This document shows, piece after piece, positions 13,399 through 25,200 of a DNA stretch of 64,000 nt. The notes below the pieces were generated by a model that searched no databases, was not told the origin of the DNA, and saw only the letters and a list, made by a program, of their open reading frames with translations. Source of the DNA: Eledone cirrhosa (Eukaryota). The stretch's first letter is position 1. Every line of letters begins with the position of its first letter. The DNA lies in assembly GCA_964016885.1 (NCBI GenBank), contig OZ024742.1, positions 271,188,001-271,252,000 on the forward strand, in the 5' to 3' direction. The position numbers were made by a program, and so were the translations under genes.

Positions 13399-13830
13399 AC
13401 CCACACACACACACATACACACACATACACACATACACACACACACACACACAGAGATACAGACACATACACAAACACATGATTACGCACGTGCTCAAGT
13501 AGAGCTCTTTTTAAAAAGGTTTTGTTTTCCATTTCAGGCAGACGCGCTCATGCACTTTTCTAAAAGAATATAATACACAAAACGACAGCACCAATAGTTT
13601 TCCAAGAGATGTCAACATGAATGGACCTGTTATTTTTATCTAAAGAAATGTTTTCCAATTCCATCCCACCGGTCCCCTCAATCTATTTTATTTCTCATTC
13701 TTTCTTCTGATGAAGGACTAGCGTCCGAAACATTACGACCCTCTTCCTGCTATATCAAGCATTAACCTAATATATACATTCCATATACTGTACCGATTGT
13801 GTTGTTATTTCTGTTTACCTTTTACACACA
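10503..13830 (+). mobile_element. Decayed Penelope-like retroelement (RT pseudogene), 3' UTR with CA microsatellite and HHR-like core at 13707-13731
   Basis: Frameshifted motifs include GLRFIPT, KPADKGG-AVVVW, PGRPIVS, MGT..PNYA, YIDD, YSQFFRLCRLCS and PVARHF. The 3' end has CTGATGA-A-GGAC(TAGC)GTCC-GAAAC. Confidence 0.85.
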
Positions 13831-13845
13831 TATATATATATATAT

Positions 13846-14173
13846 ACTAACTCACTCGATATGCAAATTAGGCTGCTCAGCCGTTAAAATGGATAAGGAA
13901 AGTATATTCTTTCAAACGTTCAATCATCTGGCAGAAAGGTATACGATGCTGACGATAGCTAATAAGCTTGAAACTAGTACATCGTTCCTGTGTTAGTGTT
14001 GACCAAAGGGGCGACGATGGTTGCCTGAACAATGTACGGCGTAATTCGGGCTGTTTGTCTGTTTACAAACAAATAAACCGAACATTATAATAAATGTTCG
14101 GTAAACCGATACGTACATGTATATATATATATGTGTGCATGTATATATGTATGCATGTATATATACATACATG

Positions 14174-14226
<53 letters not shown>

Positions 14227-14406
14227 GTATCGGTTTACCGAACATTTATTATAATGTTCGGTTTGTTTGTTTGTAAACAAACAAATATATACATACTACT
14301 GTACATCTGTATACATATATGTATGTACGTATACATACATACTTACATTTAAGTATCAGCCGTATTAAGAGTTAGAAATGAAATTTCGTTTCATTCTATT
14401 CCATTT
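13846..14406 (+). mobile_element. Solo retrozyme family B monomer with intact HHR (13943-13985)
   Basis: ATGCAAAT at 13861, then ACGATG-CTGACGA-TAGC(TAATAA)GCTT-GAA-AC(TA)GT-A-CATCGT. There is an internal inverted duplication (14062-14118 / 14221-14278). The copy ends in (TA)n. Confidence 0.85.
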
Positions 14407-14989
14407 ATATATATATATATATATAAATCAGGAAAGAAAGTTGACATGGTTTGCTATACAAAGAATGTTTTTAATCTCATAGCTGACAATTGTTTCTCTG
14501 AACTGGTAGGTCTAGAGATCGCTATTCACTTATTTTCGCGTTACTCGATCGCCAATACAAAATTATAACCAGTCAGATGTTCGGAGCATGCGAGAATGAA
14601 GAAAATACACAGGCAAGAAAAGAATATACAGGCTACTATATGAAGTAGTAATGGCATTCAATTAGAACAATAACAACAATTACAACATTGCTATTAATAA
14701 ATTATTTAAGGAGACCCTGACATTACTTAGGTGGGGGGTGGGGGTATAATGTATCTAACGTTACGGCGTGTAAAACTAGCTGTCATGAGGCAAAAATAAG
14801 CGTTTGGCATGTACAGAGTATCGAAGTGTATACCAATTTTAAATTATAAAGATAAGCTAGTGTTTACAGTCTTTCTCTTCATCTTCAATCGTATACATGA
14901 GTGGGACAACACTGTCAAAGCTAAATAGTTGTTGAGTTAATACAGAGGTTAACGAAGTAATATACGCATATATTTACACACACACACAC

Positions 14990-15023
<34 letters not shown>

Positions 15024-15052
15024 CACACACACACACACATACACACACACAA

Positions 15053-15129
<77 letters not shown>

Positions 15130-15510
15130 CACATGCATGTGTACATAGACACATACATACACATCAATATACACTCGTACAAAAATATACATACATGCAA
15201 AGAGATAAGCGTGCTAATTGTAATTATGGCAAAAGGAAGATAAAGTTACATTCTAGTAGTGATTTGAGAAAAACTAGGATTTAGGATCAAATGATGGCAG
15301 CAGCTGAGAAGGAATAAGTTTGTGGGTAGATGAGGTACTTACAGACAATTGTGTGGTATAGACTTGTGAAGGATATAGTATACTTAATGAATATATTTCT
15401 GTGGGTAGTAGGTATCCTAATTTAAAGCTATGTTATGTTGGTTCGATTCACGGAGGTTTGAATCTTATGAATTTAGTGGCAATTCTATGTCTGCAGAAGA
15501 TAGATCTTTC

Positions 15511-15678
15511 TAACTTATTGTTAAGTAGCCTTTTTACATTTTTGAGGATATACAATAGCTCAAGATCACATAGACCACAGCTAAAACCTATAGTACAGGG
15601 TTGTCCCACTGCGGGCTATGTGATCTTGAGCTATTGTATATCCTCAAAAATGTAAAAAGGCTACTTAACAATAAGTTA
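15511..15678. repeat. Inverted repeat, ~70-bp arms, ~28-bp spacer
   Basis: 15511-15580 is near-perfectly complementary to 15609-15678. Confidence 0.85.
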
Positions 15679-16248
15679 AGTTTAATCCCCTTATTCGGAC
15701 TTTTACTCGCGTGCACCCTTAGCACACGACACAGGATTGCCCCCCCCCCCCGGGAACATAAATACTGCAACCTGAACTATATTGTAATTCTCCTATGTCC
15801 TGATTTCTCCATCTTACTCCAACACCACTCTTGTTGGTTTATTTACATGTTTATACCTATATATTGATATGTTTATATATTTATACCTCTGCTGTACCAA
15901 AGTGCTCTTCCACGTATTCCACTTCTATGTATCCATGTATTTCTACTCCTCACATTGGGATCTGTACCCATTAGCACACGACACTAGAATGTCTCCTCCT
16001 GAGAACAAAAATTAAACATTACACGACTATATCCCGTACTCTACACCCCACTAGGATAAATTACAGATCTACATAATACAATTAAGGTTTCTTCATAAAA
16101 GACTATTTAATTAAACCCCGCAACCCAAAACCTTCTAGAAGTTATTTGAATGTTTAATCTTCAATTTTCTGTTTGTTCACTTCTCAATCCTCTTACTCCT
16201 TAGTTTTATAATGTTATTCTGAATTCTTTCAACTTCATCCGATAGAGT

Positions 16249-17268
16249 TAAGCAAAATTCTAAAGTTCCAACTTTCTGTCGGACCGTTGGGTGGGTTTTA
16301 GCGGCGGCGCGACCAGCTGCCTGGCGAACGGGCTCACTTGGAGTGCTTGGAAAAATAAATTTCCCCTTCTTTCGGTAAATGAAAATACTCAGCGTGGCTT
16401 AATTCGCCATGGGGCCCGGGGTGCGGCCGGTGTTTTAACCGCCAAATAGTACCTTTAAATTACAGAACAAATTGGAACTATTAGATATATCAACCTGAAA
16501 CTGTTGAGCTTTAAATTTTCTAACCTCTTTAATATGGAATATTGATTATTAATTTATTAATTTTTTAACTTCATCCTATAAGTCTAAACATTGTAACACA
16601 CTGACCCCCAATATATTCACCTCTGCTAAGATGCGAGTCCCTGTGAAAATGTTGTCGCGCCACTCCTGGCCCGACTGTGGTGTGACATTAATATCGACCT
16701 TCCTTCCTCTCTCATTCTATCTTCCTTCTTGTAGCTATCAACCATTACTCTTTTACTTCTCTAAGCAAAATTTTAAAGTTCCAACTTTCTGTCGGACTGT
16801 TGGGTGGGTTTTAATGGCGGCGCGACCAGCTCCCTGGCGAACAGGCTCCCCTGGAGTGCTTGGAAAAATAAATTTCCCCTTCTTTCAGTAAATGAAAATA
16901 CTCGGCGTGGCTAAATTCGCCATGGGGCCCGGGGCGCGGCCGTTGTTTTAACCGCCAAATAGTACCTTTAAATTACAGAACAAATCGGAACTAGTATATA
17001 ATTAAATGTTAAACTGTTGAACTTTAAGTTTTCTAACCTCTTTAATATTGAATATTGATTATTAATTTTTTTAACTTCATCCTAGAAGTCTAAACACTGT
17101 AAAACACTGACTCCCAATATATTCACCTCCGCTAAGATGCGGGTCCCTGTGAACATTTTCTCGCGCCACTCCTGGCTTGACTGTGGTCTGACATTAATAT
17201 CGACCTTTCTTCCTCTTTCTTTCTATCTTCCTTCTTGTAGCCATCAACCCTTACTTTTCTACTTCTCT
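16249..17268. repeat. Tandem duplication (~513-bp unit) with GC-rich, multi-hairpin core
   Basis: 16249-16761 is repeated at 16762-17268 with scattered substitutions. Confidence 0.9.
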
Positions 17269-17544
17269 CTTCCCTTCCTTCTCTTCTCCCCTCCTCCTGT
17301 CTTCCTCCCGCAGACTTATCTTCCTTCCCCCTCTTGCTTGCCTATATCTGACCAGTAGTAGTTGCCTTCCTCTTTTAGCTGACATTAACCCTGGCTTCTC
17401 TTCTTCTTTCTTCCCCCTTCTTCTCTCTCCTTCCTTTCTTTTTTTCTTTTACCTTGTGTCATGGGATCGACGTTAACCTATGCTCCCATCCCTTTCTGTT
17501 TTCATTCATCTGACCGGTAGTAGCATACTATAAAATTTAGCCAC

Positions 17545-17915
17545 GTCACTCCAGGGCGACCGGCTGAGGTTGAAGGAACAGAATAGCGGTCGCCCTCGGG
17601 TCTCGATTTTCAGCCCCATGGATTTTACCTATTACATTCACGTATTATATTTCGAATACCTGATGATATCACCGGATTCACACGGAACCCGGTCATTGAA
17701 ATGATCATAGTATAATAAACCTTTCAAGGATTTACACAAATCCAGCCTCCTGTCATTTCATTATAATATTTAACTCCGTAATAGCACCACCAACTACAAA
17801 AACAAAGACGGTTGAACTGCTTTACGTTGAGTACTCTCTATATTATTGCATTAGGATTGACCATACGGAATAGACCAGCTCTATACAGTGGTGAACCTCA
17901 AACCTGAATAAATAT
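17545..17915 (+). mobile_element. PLE pLTR-like element with HHR (17656-17713)
   Basis: Homologous to 8562-8949, with the same HHR core. It has a 5' GC hairpin AGGGCGACCG...CGGTCGCCCT and ends in (TA)n. Confidence 0.75.
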
Positions 17916-18124
17916 ATATATATATATATATATAATTTGCATACCTTTTGATGTCTATAGATATAAACGTGCCGACACACATACATACATAAACGCACAC
18001 ATGTATTGCACACTGATGGGCACATACATATTTGACACAAGTATTCCAATAGGGCAAGGCCTAATGGATTCCCCTTGCAGTACGTACAATCTGGACACTC
18101 ACACACACCTTGGTATTATGCCAA

Positions 18125-18495
18125 TACTATATATCATTTCACACCTTTTTATTATTAAGGTTTTTGATGTTCTAATGAGAGAATCGTTTTTAATGAAAAT
18201 ATCGAATAATGTACACCATTTTTACCAGTATCACAAAAATTCTGGTCCACACACACATATTCTCACACACACATACACATATATATACACACACACACAC
18301 ATATATACACACACACATACACACGCGTACATTAACATACAAAGAGACATATACACACACACACATACACTCACTTCTCCGTATACAAGAGCTGAAAAAA
18401 ATCTTTTAACATGTTAAAATATCCCCCACACACGTACAGACACATACCTACTGACCATCCCTCTACCACGAATTACTCTGCTACACACACAGACA

Positions 18496-18587
<92 letters not shown>

Positions 18588-19115
18588 TCTTAATAGGCAT
18601 TTGAACTGTCAACAGGCTGCGGTTCGCACACAAATACCTGCTGACCATTATCACAACAACGAACCTCTTTACTACTTCTACACACACTCACACACACACA
18701 CACACAGACATATTTGTTTTGAAAGACTTATTTTTCCGTGACTTCTCAATCAGCCGACAGAAACCTACATTTGGCGCAAAATCAATTTTTAACATTCACA
18801 TGACCTCTACTGACCAATCAAAATTGTTTTGACCACAAGAATTTTTGCAACACGAATTGGCGCGAAACTTATTTTAATACATATGGAGCCACTTTATTCA
18901 CATAAAACAGGTCGAATTTCCAAAACTAATCAGATTACAGCAAACATTACGGGTGCTCTATCTCAAAATTATTTTTGAAAAGCATTAGAAATGCGCAACC
19001 GGTAAAACTTAAAAGCAAAACTGAATACTGACCAATACTATTACTAATTTTTATTTATTCCTAATTAAACTATTTTTCACTGGGAACAATTTGTCAGCAT
19101 TTTCTTTTCCGTTTA

Positions 19116-19120
<5 letters not shown>
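18125..19120 (+). mobile_element. Non-coding 3' region of the PLE family seen at 49.8-55.4 kb
   Basis: Reverse-complement similarity to 49840-50775 and 54265-55140, including TTGGCGCAAAA and GACCAATCAAAATTG repeats and the ending CCGTTTACCAATATATA. Confidence 0.75.
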
Positions 19121-19169
<49 letters not shown>

Positions 19170-19371
19170 TGTGTGTGTGTGTGTATGTATATGTTTGTGT
19201 ATGTTTGTATATGTGTATATTTATGTGTGTGTGAGTGTATGTGAAGGTGTCTGTAGACACCTGAAATATAGCTTAAAAGAAAACATGACAATAAGGAGAG
19301 GCACCCAATATTTGAACTGGTTTATAGAATTATCTCTGCGTTTGTCACTCTAAGTAACCATCTTACAGTAG

Positions 19372-20324
19372 AATGTATATATATACATACATAGAGTAGT
19401 ATGTATATATATATATACATACATGCACACATATATATACATGTATGTATGGATTCACCGAACATTTATTATAATGCTCGGTTTGTTTGTAAACAATCGT
19501 CCCGAATTAAGCCGTACAGTGTTTAGCAACCATCGTTGCCCTTTTGTTCAACACTGACAAAGGAACGATGTACTAGTTTCATGCTTATTAGCTATTGTTA
19601 GCTCCGTGTACCTTCATGCCAGATGATTGAACGTCTGAAAGTATTTACTTACCTTATGCATATTAACGGCAACCTAATTTGCATATCGAGTGAGTTAATC
19701 GGCCGGATGCACCGAGAACTATAAATGGAAAAAATGAAACGAAATGTCATGTGTCACTCTTACTACGGCTGTTACTTAAATATAAGTATGTAAACGTACA
19801 TACATATATGTATACAGACGTACAGTAGTATGTATATGTATACATACATGCACATATATATATATATATGTACGTATGGATTCACCGAACATTTATTATA
19901 ATAGAGTGAGAAATTAACTCACTCGATATGCATATTAGGCTGCTCAGCCGTTAATATGCATAAGGAAAGTATATACTTTCAGACGTTCAATCATCTGGCA
20001 CGAAGGTATACAGTGTTGGCGATATCTAAAAATGCTTGAAACTAGTACATCTTTCCTTTGTCAGTGTTGAACAATAGGGCAACGATGGTTGCTAAACACT
20101 GTGCGGCTTAATTCGGGATGTTTGTTTAGAAACAAACCGAGCATTATAATAAGTGTTCGGTGAATCCATACGTACATGTATATATATGTGTGCATGTACG
20201 TATATATATATATATATATACATACTACTGTACGTCTGTATACATATATGTATGTACGTATACATACTTATATTTAAGTAACAGCCGTAATAAGAATGAG
20301 AAATGAAATTTCGTTTCATTTTTT

Positions 20325-20328
<4 letters not shown>
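19372..20328. mobile_element. Two degenerate retrozyme family B units in divergent orientation (HHR cores mutated)
   Basis: A minus unit spans ~19372-19900 and a plus unit ~19914-20328. Both retain GAAACTAGTACATC, but the CTGATGA core is mutated (CTAACAA, TTGGCGA). Confidence 0.8.
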
Positions 20329-20402
<74 letters not shown>

Positions 20403-20538
20403 GACGGAATGCTTTTCTATATGTTCTTCGGAAAATATATTTACTCCATTCCAGAAACTAATTAGTTGGAAGTGATACTTTAGTAAGTAAGTCAATTTTA
20501 TATTTTTTTTAATAATTTTATAATTTTCTTATCTTACG

Positions 20539-20727
<189 letters not shown>

Positions 20728-20753
20728 TATATACATATATGTATATACATATA

Positions 20754-20855
<102 letters not shown>

Positions 20856-20874
20856 TATATACATATATATATAC

Positions 20875-20926
<52 letters not shown>

Positions 20927-22127
20927 AATTAAATTAAAAATGTACATCCACATATGTATACTGAAATACTAGTATGCATATGAATACACACACGTGTACA
21001 TATGTAGATGTACCGAGTTTTTCACTGGACACTTTACTGTGAGTGTCCAGCTATTCTGTATGTAAACACACAGACAAACCGGTTTTTAGAGTCATACTGG
21101 TTTTCGAGGAAACACCTTTCCTCTATTCTCCAGAAAGCCAGACAAGGAATATTGGACTAGTTTCGATGTTGTTACATCTCATCAGCAATATTTACCTATC
21201 TTCCGGCCTTTCTAGAGAATCGTAAAAGAACATATCGTTATATGCTTTTTCTATGAAAATTAGTAGTGGGCAGACTAATTTGCATAGAGCGTGAGTACGT
21301 ACCGGTTCAGCGGAGACGATAAAAACAAATAACGAAACGAAATTAAATTTCGTTTCGTTTGTAACTCACTTTTGTATGACTGACGCTTAAACAATTAAAT
21401 TAAAAATGTACATCCACATATGTATACTGAAATACTAGTATGCATATGAATACACACACGTGTACGTATGTAGATGTACCGAGTTTTTCACTGGACACTT
21501 TACTGTGAGTGTCCAGCTATTCTGTATGTAAACACACAGACAAACCGGTTTTTAGAGTCATACTGGTTTTCGAGGAAACACCTTTCCTCTATTCTCCAGA
21601 AAGCCAGACAAGGAATATTGGACTAGTTTCGATGTTGTTACATCTCATCAGCAATATTTACCTATCTTCCGGCCTTTCTAGAGAATCGTAAAAGAACATA
21701 TCGTTATATGCTTTTTCTATGAAAATTAGTAGTGGGCAGACTAATTTGCATAGAGCGTGAGTACGTACCGGTTCAGCGGAGACGATAAAAACAAATAACG
21801 AAACGAAATTAAATTTCGTTTCGTTTGTAACTCACTTTTGTATGACTGACGCTTAAACAATTAAATTAAAAATGTACATCCACATATGTATACTGAAATA
21901 CTAGTATGCATATGAATACACACACGTGTACATATGTAGATGTACCGAGTTTTTCACTGGACACTTTACTGTGAGTGTCCAGCTATTCTGTATGTAAACA
22001 CACATTTAATTGTAAACACACATTTAATTGTTTAAGCGTCAGTCATACAAAAGTGAGTTACAAACGAAACGAAATTTAATTTCGTTTCGTTATTTGTTTT
22101 TATCGTCTCCGCTGAACCGGTACGTAC

Positions 22128-22185
22128 TCACGCTCTATGCAAATTAGTCTGCCCACTACTAATTTTCATAGAAAAAGCATATAAC
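22128..22185 (+). promoter_or_regulatory. Putative snRNA-type upstream promoter block (octamer + PSE-like + TATA-like) in each unit
   Basis: ATGCAAAT at 22137-22144 is followed by TAATTTTCATAGAAAAAGCATATA. Family B conserves this as ATGCAAAT...TAATTTTCATAAGGAAAGTATATA while most of the rest of the unit diverges. Confidence 0.5.
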
Positions 22186-22229
22186 GATATGTTCTTTTAC
22201 GATTCTCTAGAAAGGCCGGAAGATAGGTA

Positions 22230-22274
22230 AATATTGCTGATGAGATGTAACAACATCGAAACTAGTCCAATATT
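22230..22274 (+). ncRNA. Type I hammerhead ribozyme, family A (representative copy)
   Basis: AATATTG-CTGATGA-GATGT(AACA)ACATC-GAA-AC(TA)GT-C-CAATATT. The GUC cleavage site is predicted after 22267. Helix I extends to 22203-22296. Confidence 0.92.
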
Positions 22275-25200
22275 CCTTGTCTGGCTTTCTGGAGAATAGA
22301 GGAAAGGTGTTTCCTCGAAAACCAGTATGACTCTAAAAACCGGTTTGTCTGTGTGTTTACATACAGAATAGCTGGACACTCACAGTAAAGTGTCCAGTGA
22401 AAAACTCGGTACATCTACATATGTACACGTGTGTGTATTCATATGCATACTAGTATTTCAGTATACATATGTGGATGTACATTTTTAATTTAATTGTTTA
22501 AGCGTCAGTCATACAAAAGTGAGTTACAAACGAAACGAAATTTAATTTCGTTTCGTTATTTGTTTTTATCGTCTCCGCTGAACCGGTACGTACTCACGCT
22601 CTATGCAAATTAGTCTGCCCACTACTAATTTTCATAGAAAAAGCATATAACGATATGTTCTTTTACGATTCTCTAGAAAGGCCGGAAGATAGGTAAATAT
22701 TGCTGATGAGATGTAACAACATCGAAACTAGTCCAATATTCCTTGTCTGGCTTTCTGGAGAATAGAGGAAAGGTGTTTCCTCGAAAACCAGTATGACTCT
22801 AAAAACCGGTTTGTCTGTGTGTTTACATACAGAATAGCTGGACACTCACAGTAAAGTGTCCAGTGAAAAACTCGGTACATCTACATATGTACACGTGTGT
22901 GTATTCATATGCATACTAGTATTTCAGTATACATATGTGGATGTACATTTTTAATTTAATTGTTTAAGCGTCAGTCATACAAAAGTGAGTTACAAACGAA
23001 ACGAAATTTAATTTCGTTTCGTTATTTGTTTTTATCGTCTCCGCTGAACCGGTACGTACTCACGCTCTATGCAAATTAGTCTGCCCACTACTAATTTTCA
23101 TAGAAAAAGCATATAACGATATGTTCTTTTACGATTCTCTAGAAAGGCCGGAAGATAGGTAAATATTGCTGATGAGATGTAACAACATCGAAACTAGTCC
23201 AATATTCCTTGTCTGGCTTTCTGGAGAATAGAGGAAAGGTGTTTCCTCGAAAACCAGTATGACTCTAAAAACCGGTTTGTCTGTGTGTTTACATACAGAA
23301 TAGCTGGACACTCACAGTAAATGTCCAGTGAAAAACTCGGTACATCTACATATGTACACGTGTGTGTATTCATATGCATACTAGTATTTCAGTATACATA
23401 TGTGGATGTACATTTTTAATTTAATTGTTTAAGCGTCAGTCATACAAAAGTGAGTTACAAACGAAACGAAATTTAATTTCGTTTCGTTATTTGTTTTTAT
23501 CGTCTCCGCTGAACCGGTACGTACTCACGCTCTATGCAAATTAGTCTGCCCACTACTAATTTTCATAGAAAAAGCATATAACGATATGTTCTTTTACGAT
23601 TCTCTAGAAAGGCCGGAAGATAGGTAAATATTGCTGATGAGATGTAACAACATCGAAACTAGTCCAATATTCCTTGTCTGGCTTTCTGGAGAATAGAGGA
23701 AAGGTGTTTCCTCGAAAACCAGTATGACTCTAAAAACCGGTTTGTCTGTGTGTTTACATACAGAATAGCTGGACACTCACAGTAAAGTGTCCAGTGAAAA
23801 ACTCGGTACATCTACATATGTACACGTGTGTGTATTCATATGCATACTAGTATTTCAGTATACATATGTGGATGTACATTTTTAATTTAATTGTTTAAGC
23901 GTCAGTCATACAAAAGTGAGTTACAAACGAAACGAAATTTAATTTCGTTTCGTTATTTGTTTTTATCGTCTCCGCTGAACCGGTACGTACTCACGCTCTA
24001 TGCAAATTAGTCTGCCCACTACTAATTTTCATAGAAAAAGCATATAACGATATGTTCTTTTACGATTCTCTAGAAAGGCCGGAAGATAGGTAAATATTGC
24101 TGATGAGATGTAACAACATCGAAACTAGTCCAATATTCCTTGTCTGGCTTTCTGGAGAATAGAGGAAAGGTGTTTCCTCGAAAACCAGTATGACTCTAAA
24201 AACCGGTTTGTCTGTGTGTTTACATACAGAATAGCTGGACACTCACAGTAAAGTGTCCAGTGAAAAACTCGGTACATCTACATATGTACACGTGTGTGTA
24301 TTCATATGCATACTAGTATTTCAGTATACATATGTGGATGTACATTTTTAATTTAATTGTTTAAGCGTCAGTCATACAAAAGTGAGTTACAAACGAAACG
24401 AAATTTAATTTCGTTTCGTTATTTGTTTTTATCGTCTCCGCTGAACCGGTACGTACTCACGCTCTATGCAAATTAGTCTGCCCACTACTAATTTTCATAG
24501 AAAAAGCATATAACGATATGTTCTTTTACGATTCTCTAGAAAGGCCGGAAGATAGGTAAATATTGCTGATGAGATGTAACAACATCGAAACTAGTCCAAT
24601 ATTCCTTGTCTGGCTTTCTGGAGAATAGAGGAAAGGTGTTTCCTCGAAAACCAGTATGACTCTAAAAACCGGTTTGTCTGTGTGTTTACATACAGAATAG
24701 CTGGACACTCACAGTAAAGTGTCCAGTGAAAAACTCGGTACATCTACATATGTACACGTGTGTGTATTCATATGCATACTAGTATTTCAGTATACATATG
24801 TGGATGTACATTTTTAATTTAATTGTTTAAGCGTCAGTCATACAAAAGTGAGTTACAAACGAAACGAAATTTAATTTCGTTTCGTTATTTGTTTTTATCG
24901 TCTCCGCTGAACCGGTACGTACTCACGCTCTATGCAAATTAGTCTGCCCACTACTAATTTTCATAGAAAAAGCATATAACGATATGTTCTTTTACGATTC
25001 TCTAGAAAGGCCGGAAGATAGGTAAATATTGCTGATGAGATGTAACAACATCGAAACTAGTCCAATATTCCTTGTCTGGCTTTCTGGAGAATAGAGGAAA
25101 GGTGTTTCCTCGAAAACCAGTATGACTCTAAAAACCGGTTTGTCTGTGTGTTTACATACAGAATAGCTGGACACTCACAGTAAAGTGTCCAGTGAAAAAC

